A DNA stretch of 64,000 nucleotides, from positions 6,354 through 70,353 of the forward strand of contig CAWCWQ010000206.1 of assembly GCA_963799145.1 (NCBI GenBank), written 5' to 3'. This stretch comes from an uncultured Acidobacteriaceae bacterium. Lineage in GTDB: Bacteria; Acidobacteriota; Terriglobia; Terriglobales; Acidobacteriaceae. Below are positions 53,409 to 63,944 of the stretch, in pieces. Numbering within the stretch: position 1 is the stretch's first letter; the number at the start of each line of letters is the position of its first letter. The notes under the pieces were generated by a model. It searched no databases and was not told the origin of the DNA. It saw only the letters and a program-made list of their open reading frames with translations. The position numbers were made by a program, and so were the translations under genes.

Positions 53409-54033
53409 GGTTCTTGGGCTGCGGGTTTGGCGGGTGGAAAGAACGTCCCAAGGCTAACGGACAACGAGCACAAATCGAGGAAGACGCTTCTGACGTATGG
53501 ATTGCGCGTCCCGTTCTTCTTGAAGATCGAATTGAGCGCGCTATCGACAAGGCCATAAACCGTCAGCATTTGCGGCACGGACGGGGGACGGTCGCGTCGG
53601 AATGCGTTGCGGAGTTCACTGAGAACGCCTTCTGGCGTGCCGTTGTGGATGTGGCATCGGTTCCGTTCAGATCGCTGGCTGATCTCTGAAGCCGGTAGGG
53701 CTCCGATTCGCAAACGAACCAAGTATGTTGGCTGGGATTGAGAATTTGCCAGGTAATTGTCATGCCCAGTTCAAGGGGCATATTGAACCGTGGCACCGTC
53801 GATGGCGCGCTGCTCAGTTCCACCCTGGAGAGATCATGGATGGAATAGCGGCAACTCTGGATGAGCTGAATGATTCTGTTCAGCCTGCGATCTCCGCCTG
53901 GGATTTCCGAGGCAAGATGAGGGACTAGACCCAGTTGGCAAAGCCCGACAATATAAGCGACATAGAGGCTGGAGAACTCTTCGTCGTAAGGAACGTTCAG
54001 AAAAACGCCCTTTGGGTCAGGCAGCGGAGGCAC
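53405..54033 (-). CDS. TIR/nucleoside-deoxyribosyltransferase-like Rossmann protein (frameshift near 53650)
   Basis: VFLNVPYD, IQSCRYSIHDLS, PRFNMPLELG, SDLNG; continues as HIHNGTPEGVLSEL. Confidence 0.65.
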
Positions 54034-54213
54034 GCTTGCGCCTCTTTTCCGGTTCGATGGAGTTCAGGGAGCCTCTTCCTGAATGGAAAGTTTAGCCTTG
54101 AACTCGTCCACAAGTGCCTGTAACGCTCTCTTGCGAGCCTTGGAGATACCGAGGCTTCTCTCCATCTCTTCCTGGGTGGGCCAGGGTGCCGTGATGTGAA
54201 CCGACTTGGGCAT
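54017..54213 (-). CDS. small hypothetical protein upstream of the TIR-like gene (possible frameshift near 54065)
   Basis: MPKSVHITAPWPTQEEMERSLGISKARKRALQALVDEFK; HTH-like, basic. Confidence 0.4.
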
Positions 54214-54276
54214 GGCTACTGATCCATCATACTGCGATTTCGGCGCAATGAAAAGCGGCTTGGCGAAGTCCAGAGG

Positions 54277-55009
54277 TCATGGATGCGCTCCCTCGGTTGG
54301 GACGGCTTCCCCGGTCAGGTAGGTACGGGTGAGGTCGGCGTGGCCGGCGAGGGTCGCGCGCGGCTGGCCGTCCACCAGGAAGCGGACCTGGGTGACGCGA
54401 GGCAGGTTGGCGTGGAGGGTGCCGCAGATGGAAAGCACGGTCAGCGTCTCGGTTTCAAGGCCCGACGGGTGGCTGGCGACGAACGCGCCGGTCAGATTGA
54501 CGACGGCGAGCTCTGGGCCGGTCAATTGGGGACTCTCGGCTTCCGGACCAGGAGTTGCCGGACTGGATTTAGCTGGCTTCAATTCCTCGTGCGGGAGTTT
54601 GGCGGTGATCGGCGCGGTGGAGCTGCTTGCCGAGTCCAGGCCAGGGTTCGTGGCCGGTAGCAGGAAGACCTGGGCAATGGAGGCTGGCGCCGCCGGGGAC
54701 CGGATGGGCGGCATCGGGAGCGGCATAGAGGTCCAGCAGCTTGCCCAGCACAACGCGGGCGCGCGAGCCGGGATCCTGGGGCAGGGGCAGGGACTGAACC
54801 TGGGTGAGCAGGGAGTTGTCGGCGTCGCTGGCCACCAGCAGGGTAGCCTGCTCAGTCGGCGCCACCTGGGGAGCTTGCGTGGGCTCCGAGTCCTGGCCGG
54901 CCAGCAGCCGCTGGTGGGCGCGCTCGCGCAACTGCCAGAGAAGCACGCTCATAGCCGCCGAAGCCAGGAGCAGGACTGCGAATAGGATGGTCTGATAGCG
55001 GGGGATCAC
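54277..55009 (-). CDS. GerMN-domain protein (frameshift near 54685)
   Basis: N-terminal TM; AVVNL, LSICGTL, VTQVRFLVDG...TLAGHADL. Confidence 0.85.
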
Positions 55010-55713
55010 GGCTGACGGCCCTCCGATCGCCATTCGAGCAGCGCGGCCGCCAGCGCTCCGGCCACGCGCGCCTGATAGTCGGGATCGTCCAGCCCCGCGG
55101 TGACCTTCGTGCCGGGGCCGCGCTCGGGCGCAATCTCGACGGCCACGGCCGGGCAGGTCATGCTGTCGACCGCCAGCAGGGCGGTGCGGCCGAGCGTGAC
55201 GCTCATGCCGGCCTGGAGCAGTGCGGAGTTGAGCGCCCCGGCAAGGGCCAGGCTACGCGTCACCGAGGCGGCCTGCGCTGTCTTCCAGGGAGTAAAGCGC
55301 GTGGGCTGCGCCGGGGCCAGCGAGGAGACAAACAGATGGACGCCCGAACCGCTCTCCGATCCATGCAGACTGAGGCAGGCCTGGGCGTTGGCGCGGTTGG
55401 CAATCGCCGCCCTGCGGTCCAGATCCACCGTATCATCGGATTCACGAGTGGTGACCACCTGGATGCCGCGCGCCGCCAGAAGCGAACGCAATCTCACGCC
55501 GAAGGTAAGAGTGAAGGCCTTCTCCGGCTGGCCGTCGGAGAAACGGCCGCCCAGGTCGTCGCCGCCGTGGGCGGCGTCGAGAACCACGACAAAACGCGAT
55601 GGAGGAGATGCCGGAGCCGGGGGGCTGGATGGAGCTTGCGCGGCGGAGAGTTGGCAGGCAGCCGCCAAGACAATTGTGAGGGTCCAATCGGTGCAGCGGG
55701 CTACAGCGACCAC
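55006..55713 (-). CDS. N-acetylmuramoyl-L-alanine amidase (Amidase_3)
   Basis: VVLDAAHGG, EK, TTRESD, LSLH, AVAVE zinc-binding and catalytic residues. Confidence 0.85.
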   Translation of the reverse strand: MVAVARCTDWTLTIVLAAACQLSAAQAPSSPPAPASPPSRFVVVLDAAHGGDDLGGRFSDGQPEKAFTLTFGVRLRSLLAARGIQVVTTRESDDTVDLDRRAAIANRANAQACLSLHGSESGSGVHLFVSSLAPAQPTRFTPWKTAQAASVTRSLALAGALNSALLQAGMSVTLGRTALLAVDSMTCPAVAVEIAPERGPGTKVTAGLDDPDYQARVAGALAAALLEWRSEGRQP

Positions 55714-56027
55714 ACTCTATGCTCCTGGATTGCGGCGTGCATCGCGTCGGGAGCAAGGTCCACTTCGCCGGGCCACGCTACAGCACCGCAATCGAGCGCG
55801 ACCTGTGCAAACAGCGTTGGGTCGGCAAGCGCGGCGAATACCCCAGCCTTCGGTGAATGCACGAGACGAGACATATCGACTGTTCCCGAAAGGCCGTCGG
55901 CAAACGCAACCCGCAGCCGGAATCCGGGAAGAGCTTCGACAGCGGTTACACGCCAAGGCGACCGTGGAGCAACCTCCGCAGCTAGGGCAGTGGCAGGATC
56001 TTGGCTGGCGTTTGATTCTGTGAGCAT
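55701..56027 (-). CDS. DUF2442-family protein
   Basis: V.AVEALPGFRL.V.F.DG, GVFAAL.D, VAWPGEVDLAPD. Confidence 0.8.
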   Translation of the reverse strand: MLTESNASQDPATALAAEVAPRSPWRVTAVEALPGFRLRVAFADGLSGTVDMSRLVHSPKAGVFAALADPTLFAQVALDCGAVAWPGEVDLAPDAMHAAIQEHRVWSL

Positions 56028-56242
56028 AGTTCCCAGTCCTCCCTGAGTTCGTCACGATGCTGCTGTGCCCACTCCAACACGAGCGCCATTGCGCGGGCAG
56101 GCAAATCTCCCCGGATGACCTCGAAGGTCCGAATATCGATCAAAGCCTCGAATTCAGCATACAACGCATGAAAGTGAGGCGGAAGATGGTCACCGAAGTA
56201 CATCTGAATCAAGATCCCGTAAAACCTGCTGATAGTCGGCAT
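55982..56242 (-). CDS. DUF4160-family protein
   Basis: MPTISRFYGI.I.MY..DHLPPHFHA.Y. Confidence 0.9.
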   Translation of the reverse strand: MPTISRFYGILIQMYFGDHLPPHFHALYAEFEALIDIRTFEVIRGDLPARAMALVLEWAQQHRDELREDWELCSQNQTPAKILPLP

Positions 56243-56296
56243 TGGTTCCCTCGGTCTCTCGCACTACGCACAGGGATCGGTTACTGCGCCCCCCAG

Positions 56297-57622
56297 CTAG
56301 TCCAGCGCATAGATGGTCAAACCGCTGAGCAGCTTGGGGAAGAAGTCGGTGGACTTCTGCGGCATCACGTCGCCGGCGAACGCCACCTCGCGCAGTTGCT
56401 CCATGGAGACGGGGTTGGTGAGGAAGGCGACGTTGGCTTCGCCGCGGCGAACCTGGTCCAGCGCTTCGCCGGGGTCGCGCAGGTAGCGGATATTCGTCTG
56501 CTCGCGAACCTTTTCGGCGTCCAGTCCCAGCAGCCGGTCGAGCACGATCGAGTGCAATTGGCTCAGGTCGAGCTGGCGCTGGCGCTCGGGCAGGCCGGCC
56601 AGCGCGGCGGCCACGGCTTCAGGCTTGGAGCGCAGTAGCAGAGCCCCCGCCTGGGTGGCGGCAATAAAGGCCGTGCCTTCCTCGCTGCGAAGCAGTTCCA
56701 TGGAACTGACGGCATCGTCCGTCTCCAACGGCTCGACCGTGAAGAACTCCTGGGCGGCGATGGCAAAGGCCACAGGATCGAAGTGCGGCAGGCTGTGAAC
56801 CACGCGGTGGGTGGGCAGAATCACCAGGCCGTCGGAGTCCATATTCACAAAGGTCATCATCACGGCGGCTTCAGGATAGGCCGGCTGGGGCAACTGGCTG
56901 GTGCTGGTCTCGGCTTTGACCTGCGCCGCACCCGCGTGCTCCCTGGAGTAGTTCAGCGCCGTCTCGTAGCGGTGGTGCCCATCGGCGATGATCAGCTTCT
57001 TGTCGTCCATGGCCGTGGTGAGCAGGCGGATGGTGGCAGGGTCGCCGATCTTCCACAGCCGGTGCAGCACGCCGTATTCGTCCGTGACCTCGGCCTCGGC
57101 GGCGCCATTTCCGTCGTAGAGAACCTTTTCAATGCTGCCGGCGGGGTCGGAGTAGAGCATGAAGATCTGCCCGAAGTGCGCATGGGTGGCCTTGAGCAGG
57201 TTCAGCCGGTCGCTCTTGGGCTTGGAGAGGGTCTGCTCGTGGCGGAAGACCACCTTCTCGGCGTAGTCGTGAAGCTTGCCGAGGGCGATAAAGCCGCGCC
57301 GCTCCTTCACGATTTGGGTTCCGGGAACCTTGAAGCGCTGCGCATAGGCAAAGATGCAGGGGCTCTTCTCCTGGACGAGAACGCCCTGCTCGCGCCAGGA
57401 GCGAAAGTCGCGCGCCGCCCGCGTGTAGACGTTTTCGCCGTGCGCGTCGTCGAAGAGCTCCGGCAGACCGAGGATGATGCGCACCAGGTTGTAGGGGCTG
57501 CGCTGGTAGTAGGCCTGCTGCATGGCCGGAGAGATCTTGTCGTAGGGCTGGGTGACCACGTCTTCCAGACGAACGACCGAAGGACTGTAGCGCCAGGCGC
57601 GAAATGGATAGATGCGGGCCAT
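56297..57622 (-). CDS. DUF1015-family protein
   Basis: PYDKI, HEQT, IADGHHRYETA, PTHRV, MPQKSTDFFPK. Confidence 0.9.
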   Translation of the reverse strand: MARIYPFRAWRYSPSVVRLEDVVTQPYDKISPAMQQAYYQRSPYNLVRIILGLPELFDDAHGENVYTRAARDFRSWREQGVLVQEKSPCIFAYAQRFKVPGTQIVKERRGFIALGKLHDYAEKVVFRHEQTLSKPKSDRLNLLKATHAHFGQIFMLYSDPAGSIEKVLYDGNGAAEAEVTDEYGVLHRLWKIGDPATIRLLTTAMDDKKLIIADGHHRYETALNYSREHAGAAQVKAETSTSQLPQPAYPEAAVMMTFVNMDSDGLVILPTHRVVHSLPHFDPVAFAIAAQEFFTVEPLETDDAVSSMELLRSEEGTAFIAATQAGALLLRSKPEAVAAALAGLPERQRQLDLSQLHSIVLDRLLGLDAEKVREQTNIRYLRDPGEALDQVRRGEANVAFLTNPVSMEQLREVAFAGDVMPQKSTDFFPKLLSGLTIYALD

Positions 57623-57807
57623 GCCGAGGGTCTTGCTCTCCGATCAAGCGTTTAAGCTTGCGCTGCGCGGCCCCGTACTGCTCGCTCCGGGAGCCTCGCG
57701 CGCTTAGGCTCGATTGTACCCCAGCCGGCGCGGAAACCGCCGATCCCGCAGTTCTCGCCTTTAGCGGTCCTGGTCCGGGCTCCAGCTTCTGCGGCGCTTC
57801 TCCGGAG

Positions 57808-57869
57808 GTAAGTTACTAAAGAGTACATAACTAATCTTACTTGACAGGCTCCAGCCGGCAGTCTAGGCT
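57808..57869 (+). promoter_or_regulatory. sigma70 promoter with upstream inverted repeat
   Basis: TTGACA 57841-46, 17-bp spacer, TAGGCT 57864-69; GTAAG...CTTAC inverted repeat at 57808-57840. Confidence 0.65.
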
Positions 57870-57889
57870 TCCGCCCGAAGGAGTTATGC

Positions 57890-60800
57890 ATGAAATTCCG
57901 TTGGATAATCTTTGTTCTTGCATTGTTGACAATCGCTTTCGCGGCCAATGCGGGGGCGCAGACGAGCACCGGCTCGCCCCCGCAGTTCACTCCCGAACAG
58001 ATCGCCAAGATGCCGGTCAGAGCGCTGCCGGTGAGGGACTTCAAGCTGCTCGGCCCCAACACCGGATGGGTCTCCACCGGCAACCGGCTGCTCTGGACCA
58101 CCGATAATGGCGCACACTGGAAGGACATCTCGCCGTCTACCCCCGCCCTCTTTGACCCTCATGACGATAGGATTTCGGGGGTCTTTTTTCTCGACACAAG
58201 CACTGGTTGGGTTGTCTCTGCTGTGGATACAAATGACACAACCCCCTACGGGACAGCTGTCGGCTCGGATGCTCTCTTGTCCTCTACCACTGACGGCGGC
58301 GCTACCTGGACCACCGTGAAACTTCCCAGAGCCGATACGGTTCGAGAGTCGGGAGGAGGCGGCTCCATTGCATTTTCCGATAGACTTCACGGCTGGTTTG
58401 ACCTGGGCTTAACAGGTAATACAGCAGTTCGGCCGGGAGCCCTGTTTGCAACCAACGATGGAGGCCGAACCTGGAATCGGCCGAAGGGCGACCCGAGAGT
58501 GGCGGTCGAACATCCTTGCCATTACGGACGAGGATGTTTGGTTTGCCGGCGGTCCAGATTACAAGCTGTATGTGACCCACGACGGGGCAAACACGGTTCA
58601 GGAGGTTTCATTGCCAGTCCCCAACGGAATCGACCCCGACGATTATTCAACCTACGGGCTGCCCGTATTCACTGACAACCTTACGGGTTATGAGGAGGTA
58701 ACCTATACGGGCGCTGGCGATGATAAGGCCGCCGCCGCACTTTTCTCCACAAATGACGGCGGACGCACCTGGAAGCAGGATCGAATACTCGCAAATCTCG
58801 CCCCCGGTACGGCTGGAGATCACCCGTCCTCTGCCATCGCTGGATCTAAATGGATACTTTCCTTCGGGGGCACCAAGTCTGAGCGTAGGTTGATGAAACT
58901 TGCTCCGAAGAGCGGGGCGACGGACGGTGCCAATTCTGATCTCAAGCACTACAATTGCGATCTCAGTTTCATCACGACAGACGAGGGATGGATGAACTGC
59001 TCGGGCACCCTATCCGCCACCGTAGATGGCGGCACCACCTTGACGGACATTACCCCTCGTGCCCGGAATGGCTCCAACGGCGTGCTTACTACTGATCCTA
59101 TCCAGCCTGCGCCAACGCCAAAACCTCTGAAGACCATCGAAATCAAACCTGCTTTCGGCAAGAGTGGGGCAGCAGCGGTCGTTCCGCAAGATACCTTGCC
59201 CGGCCATCTCCCTTATGTAAGTGGCGTCGATCAGCACCTCGGATTCGACAGAACAGACGTCCTATTGACTTCGGAAATGGACAAATGGTGGAATTCCAGC
59301 CCATACTATGACGTTGGGATATACCTGCCCGGCTCGCCGAATCGCCACAATGATAAAAATCTAATGGGAAAGAAGGGTTTGGATTGGGTGGATGCAACCA
59401 TTGGGCAAGGCTGGGGTATCATCCCAATCTGGTTCGGATTACAGGCTCCATGCGGGGGCGATAATACACCAGATACGAAGACATACAGCTCAAAGGATGC
59501 AGCTACGAAAGGGAGGGAACAGGCAGACCTTGCGTACAACTCGGCTGCCAACCTGGGACTGGATGGAACCATCATTTACTTCGATATTGAACCGTATAAC
59601 ACGCTATCGAAGGAGTGTAGTGCCGCAGTGCGCGACTACATCGGAGCTATCGTCAATGAAATGCATAATAACGCCTGGGGCGGGTCCGTAGGTGTCTATG
59701 GGGCTGTTGATGCCGCAGGCGGCGATTTTTATAATGCCAGCCCAAGGCCGGACGATATTTGGGTCGCACAGCGTCTTGGAAAGCGAGTCACTGTATGGGA
59801 CCTTGCTGCTGGCGTTGTGGGCCAAACATTGAATACTGCCTTGACCGATGATCTTGCATGGACCGACCATCAGAGAATGCACCAGTATCGAATTCCATAT
59901 AAGAATAGGAATAAGAAGTGGGCGGACCAAGTACTTGAAACGTGGGGAGGGGCTGGGCCGTATAACGTCGATGAGGATATCGTGGACGCCACCATCGTTC
60001 CCGGCAAGGGCGTGAAGGACCAGTTGCCTATAAGTTACACAACAGTCAGCAACGTGCCCGATATCAATTCGCTCTGGGGGATCAATAATGGGGTAAACAA
60101 CTCCGGACTTAAGGTTGGAGAAGCTGTCGGAGTCTACACGACCCCTGACCTGATTGGAGAAACATTCACGTATCTTGACGGGAAGGAGACTGCAGAAATA
60201 TTGGAGACTGGGGCGATCTCCACATACCCAGGGGGGATCAACAATCTCGGCCAGATTGTCGGGAGCTACGACCTCGGCCAGATCGTTTACGGCAACAGCG
60301 AAGTTACGTTAACATTTGGGTTCTATGCCCCCAGCAACAATGCACCGCTTCAGACCCTATATTATCCTGGAGCAACGTATACGTATTTGAATGGCATCAA
60401 CGACGCAGGCTGGATTATCGGAAATTACACGAACGACAACGTTACCTTTCATTGCGTTCTATTCAAGCCGGATAAGAAAGGCGCCTACTCCAGTGCGAAT
60501 GCTATTTCTTTCGATGCGCCGGGAGCAACAAGCACCGAATGCCATGGAATCAACGGACTAGGCCAGATCTTGGCGAATGGAATGGTCAACGCCGCCGAGG
60601 GCGGCGATCCCGTTGCGCCGGCCAATTTCTCGCCGATCCCGCCGATCGTATCCGCATCCGGCATGACCCCCCTGGCCGTCAATAACAACGGGCTCATGGT
60701 GGTCAACGCTTATTTCTTCTTTAACGGTTCGGAGTTAGTCTACATCCAGCAACAAGACAATATCATGAGTTATGCGCTTTATGGGATCAACGACGATGCT

Positions 60801-60893
60801 CAAATGGTTGGGATGCTGACAGAGCCTATTGTAGGAGGTGTCCAGGGGCCAGTAGAGGGCCTTATCCTCGATGTTCTGCCCACCCAGCCCTGA
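57890..60893 (+). CDS. secreted multidomain protein: BNR/YCF48-like propeller, DUF1906-like glycoside hydrolase and HAF-type repeats (frameshift near 58505)
   Basis: Signal peptide; repeated T.DGG.TW Asp-boxes; GFD, GIY, PIWFGLQAPC, IYFDIEPY, GVYG, MHQY; GINN.GQIVG repeats. Confidence 0.8.
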
Positions 60894-61070
60894 TCCGAAC
60901 GAACTTGTCGGCTGAAGCGTCGGTGTCCGGTGAAATCGGAATGCGGGGCGGAGTTTGCCCCGCGTTTCCATAACGAAGGGCACGCTTCCATGGGCTTCTG
61001 TTTCCTCGGGTGCTTCTTTTTCGCTGACGATCCTTAACGAAATCCGCACGTTACCCCGTCAATTTACGCA

Positions 61071-61126
61071 CTTCTCCGTTTCTTCGCTATTTTTCGCTGT
61101 CAATGTCTGCCCGGCCCTGCTACAAT
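61071..61126 (+). promoter_or_regulatory. recA promoter with direct-repeat operator candidate
   Basis: CTTC-N7-CTTC (61071-85) and TTCGCT-N4-TTCGCT (61083-98); extended -10 TGcTACAAT at 61118-61126. Confidence 0.45.
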
Positions 61127-61202
61127 CCCATCGAAATCCAATCCAGCCGCCGCGCCGTCTCCTGCGAGGAAAGGCAAGGCGCGCACCCCGAGGAGTCTTC
61201 CC

Positions 61203-62279
61203 ATGGCCATTGCCGACGACCGCGCCAAAGCTGTAGAACTAGCCCTTGCACAGATTGAGAAGCAGTTTGGCAAAGGCTCCATTGTCCGCCTCGGCTCGCG
61301 GGAAGCGCTGCTGCCCATCGCCGTCGTCTCCACCGGCTCCATCAGCTTCGACGCGGCCCTGGGCGTGGGCGGCATTCCGCGCGGGCGGGTTACGGAGGTC
61401 TTCGGGCCGGAGTCGTCGGGCAAGACGACCATCTGCTTGCAGATCATCGCCGAGGCGCAGCGGGCGGGCGGCCTGGCGGCCTTTGTGGACGTGGAGCACG
61501 CCCTGGACCCCAGCTACGCCAAGAAACTGGGCGTGGACATCGATAACCTGCTGGTTTCTCAGCCGGATAACGGCGAGCAGGCGCTGGAGATCACCGAGAC
61601 CCTGGTCCGCTCCGGGGCCATCGACGTGCTGGTGGTGGACTCGGTGGCCGCGCTGGTGCCCAAGGCCGAGCTGGACGGCGAGATGGGCGAGTCCCACATG
61701 GGCCTGCAGGCCCGGCTCATGTCGCAGGCGCTGCGCAAACTGACAGGAACCGTCTCGAAGAGTCGCACCGCGCTCATCTTCATCAACCAGATTCGCGAGA
61801 AGATCGGCGTCATGTTCGGCAACCCGGAGACCACGACCGGCGGACGGGCGCTCAAGTTCTACTCGTCGGTGCGCGTGGATATCCGGCGCATCGCCGCGAT
61901 CAAGGATGGCGAAGCGGTGACCGGCAACCGGACCAAGGTAAAGATCGTCAAGAACAAGGTGGCCGCGCCCTTCCGCGAGGCGGAGTTCGACATTCTCTAC
62001 GGCGAGGGCATTAGCCGCGAGGGCGACGTACTGGACCTGGCCGTGGCCAACAACATCGTGGAGAAATCGGGCGCATGGTACAGCTACGCCGGCGAGCGCA
62101 TCGGCCAGGGCCGCGAAAACACCCGCGCCTTCCTCAAGGAGAACAAGGACATCTTTGCCAAGCTGGACGCCGAACTGCGCAAGAAGCTGAAGATCGGCGC
62201 CGTCAAGGCCGAGGTGCCTGAAGTTCCGGCCACCGGCCACGCCGACGCCAAGGAAGCGGTGCGCGGGCGCAAGGGATAA
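61203..62279 (+). CDS. recA: recombinase A
   Basis: [49 protein letters not shown]. Confidence 0.99.
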   Translation: MAIADDRAKAVELALAQIEKQFGKGSIVRLGSREALLPIAVVSTGSISFDAALGVGGIPRGRVTEVFGPESSGKTTICLQIIAEAQRAGGLAAFVDVEHALDPSYAKKLGVDIDNLLVSQPDNGEQALEITETLVRSGAIDVLVVDSVAALVPKAELDGEMGESHMGLQARLMSQALRKLTGTVSKSRTALIFINQIREKIGVMFGNPETTTGGRALKFYSSVRVDIRRIAAIKDGEAVTGNRTKVKIVKNKVAAPFREAEFDILYGEGISREGDVLDLAVANNIVEKSGAWYSYAGERIGQGRENTRAFLKENKDIFAKLDAELRKKLKIGAVKAEVPEVPATGHADAKEAVRGRKG

Positions 62280-62300
62280 CGGTATTCGATCTGGAATCAG

Positions 62301-62333
62301 AGAAGCGGCCTGACGCATGGGCCGCTCTTTCTT
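62301..62333 (+). terminator. intrinsic terminator after recA
   Basis: AGCGGCC-loop-GGCCGCT followed by CTTTCTT. Confidence 0.65.
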
Positions 62334-62386
62334 GACAGGAGGGAAGTAATGTATGTAGAGTAGTGAATGTCTAAAGAAAGGAAGCA

Positions 62387-62854
62387 ATGAAGCCAACCGA
62401 GCGGACCAAGAGGCATGTGATTTCAGCCTATGTGCAGCCCGCGCGCCAGAAGGGCGAGAAGACCATTCAGGTCAGGGTTGGAAACATTCAGAAGGAGCTG
62501 GGGTGGACGAACCGGACGCCGTCTGTTTATTCGACCCTTTTGTCGAGGGACTTCCAGCAAGAGGCCGGCGTGGAGTTGATCGAGAAGGTCGGCGGTCCGC
62601 CTTCCGGCGGCCCGAGCACGACCTGGCAGTTCGTGTTTCGGGTGCTCGGTGAAGCCGAAGGATCCACCCCCGCCGCCAAGGCGGTTCCCGATGGAGCCGG
62701 ATTGAGGGCGCTCTACGGGCTCTGTGCCGGAACTTTCAAGGCGCTGGGGGGCGGCGAGGAGTTCTTGCGGCGCGAGCGGGAATGGGGTCCGGACGTGTGG
62801 GAGAGATATGAAACGGAGAAGCGCGAGCAGCAGAACCTGGAGGCAGCAAGTTGA
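62387..62854 (+). CDS. putative antitoxin with atypical N-terminal domain
   Basis: 4-bp overlap with the PIN gene; C-terminal LYGL....GGGEEFLRRERE..W resembles VapB-type tails. Confidence 0.6.
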   Translation: MKPTERTKRHVISAYVQPARQKGEKTIQVRVGNIQKELGWTNRTPSVYSTLLSRDFQQEAGVELIEKVGGPPSGGPSTTWQFVFRVLGEAEGSTPAAKAVPDGAGLRALYGLCAGTFKALGGGEEFLRREREWGPDVWERYETEKREQQNLEAAS

Positions 62855-63276
62855 ACCGGGTTTACTGGGATTCGATGCTGTTCATCTATTTGCTCGACGC
62901 AAATCCCGTTTTCGGCGAACGGGTGCAGCGACTCCATGAAGCGATGCTGCGCCGGGGCGACATCCTGTGCACCAGCATATTTACTGTTGGCGAGGTGCTT
63001 ACGGGGCCGCGAAAACGGAACGATGCAGCTGGAATCAGCGGCTTGAAGAGGTTCTTTCGCAGCAAGGAAGTTGAGATTCTGCCATTCGCCATCGAGGCCG
63101 CCGACAGGTACAGCATGATCCGGGCGGAGGCGCGGGTGAGCCAGGCGGATGGGATTCATCTGGCAACGGCGGCAGCTGCAGGTGTGGACGTCTTCGTCAC
63201 CAACGACGGCGAATTGCGCAAGCTGGTCATTCCAGGAATCAGGTTTTTTGCCGATCTGGACGGGAAGATGATTTGA
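62851..63276 (+). CDS. vapC: PIN-domain VapC-like toxin
   Basis: VYWDSMLFIY, EVL, DGIHLATA, VTND acidic residues. Confidence 0.9.
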   Translation: MNRVYWDSMLFIYLLDANPVFGERVQRLHEAMLRRGDILCTSIFTVGEVLTGPRKRNDAAGISGLKRFFRSKEVEILPFAIEAADRYSMIRAEARVSQADGIHLATAAAAGVDVFVTNDGELRKLVIPGIRFFADLDGKMI

Positions 63277-63410
63277 GCGTGCGAGCCGCGTTCTTTGGGC
63301 GGATGCGCTGCATGTTGCCGAGATCGATTTGCCAGGCTGCGAAGGGCGCTTGCCGTCAACCAGCCATCGCGCCTCGCCCGCGCTGCTAGAATCCGCATAG
63401 AGCGATCCGC

Positions 63411-63896
63411 ATGAGCGTAACAGCCCTTTATCCCGGCACCTTCGACCCGCCGACCAACGGCCACGTGGACCTGATCCAGCGCGGCGCCAAGCTCTTCGAT
63501 CACCTGACGGTCGCCATCCTCAACAATCCGGAGAAGAATCCGCTGTTTACCGTTGAGGAGCGGGTGGAGATGCTGAAGGAGGTGACCGGCTCGCTGGAGA
63601 ACGTCTCGATCGCCACCTTTGAGGGGCTGACGGTCGAGTTCGCCCGCAAACAGGGCGCTGCGGCGATCCTGCGCGGCATCCGCGCCATCTCTGACTATGA
63701 ATACGAGTTCCAGATGGCGCTGATGAACCGGCGGCTGGCCCCGGAGATCGAGACTGTCTTCCTACAGCCGGCGGGGCGCTACTCTTTTGTCAGCTCGCGG
63801 ATGGTGAAGGAAGTATTCACCCTGGGCGGCGACGTGACCGGCCTGCTGCCGCCCAACGTGCTCAAGCGGCTGCGGGGGCGGATCGGCAAGAGCTAG
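63411..63896 (+). CDS. coaD: phosphopantetheine adenylyltransferase
   Basis: YPGTFDPPTNGHVD, RGIRAISDYEYE, SSRMVKE. Confidence 0.97.
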   Translation: MSVTALYPGTFDPPTNGHVDLIQRGAKLFDHLTVAILNNPEKNPLFTVEERVEMLKEVTGSLENVSIATFEGLTVEFARKQGAAAILRGIRAISDYEYEFQMALMNRRLAPEIETVFLQPAGRYSFVSSRMVKEVFTLGGDVTGLLPPNVLKRLRGRIGKS

Positions 63897-63907
63897 CGGC
63901 GGGGTGA

Positions 63908-63944
63908 CTCTCAGGCGTCAAAGGTGAGACCTGGAGCACCCGGC
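63908..63944 (+). repeat. degenerate REP-like copy
   Basis: CTCTCAGG...CCTGGAGCACCCGGC resembles the TCCCAGG...GGGGCACCC family. Confidence 0.5.
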
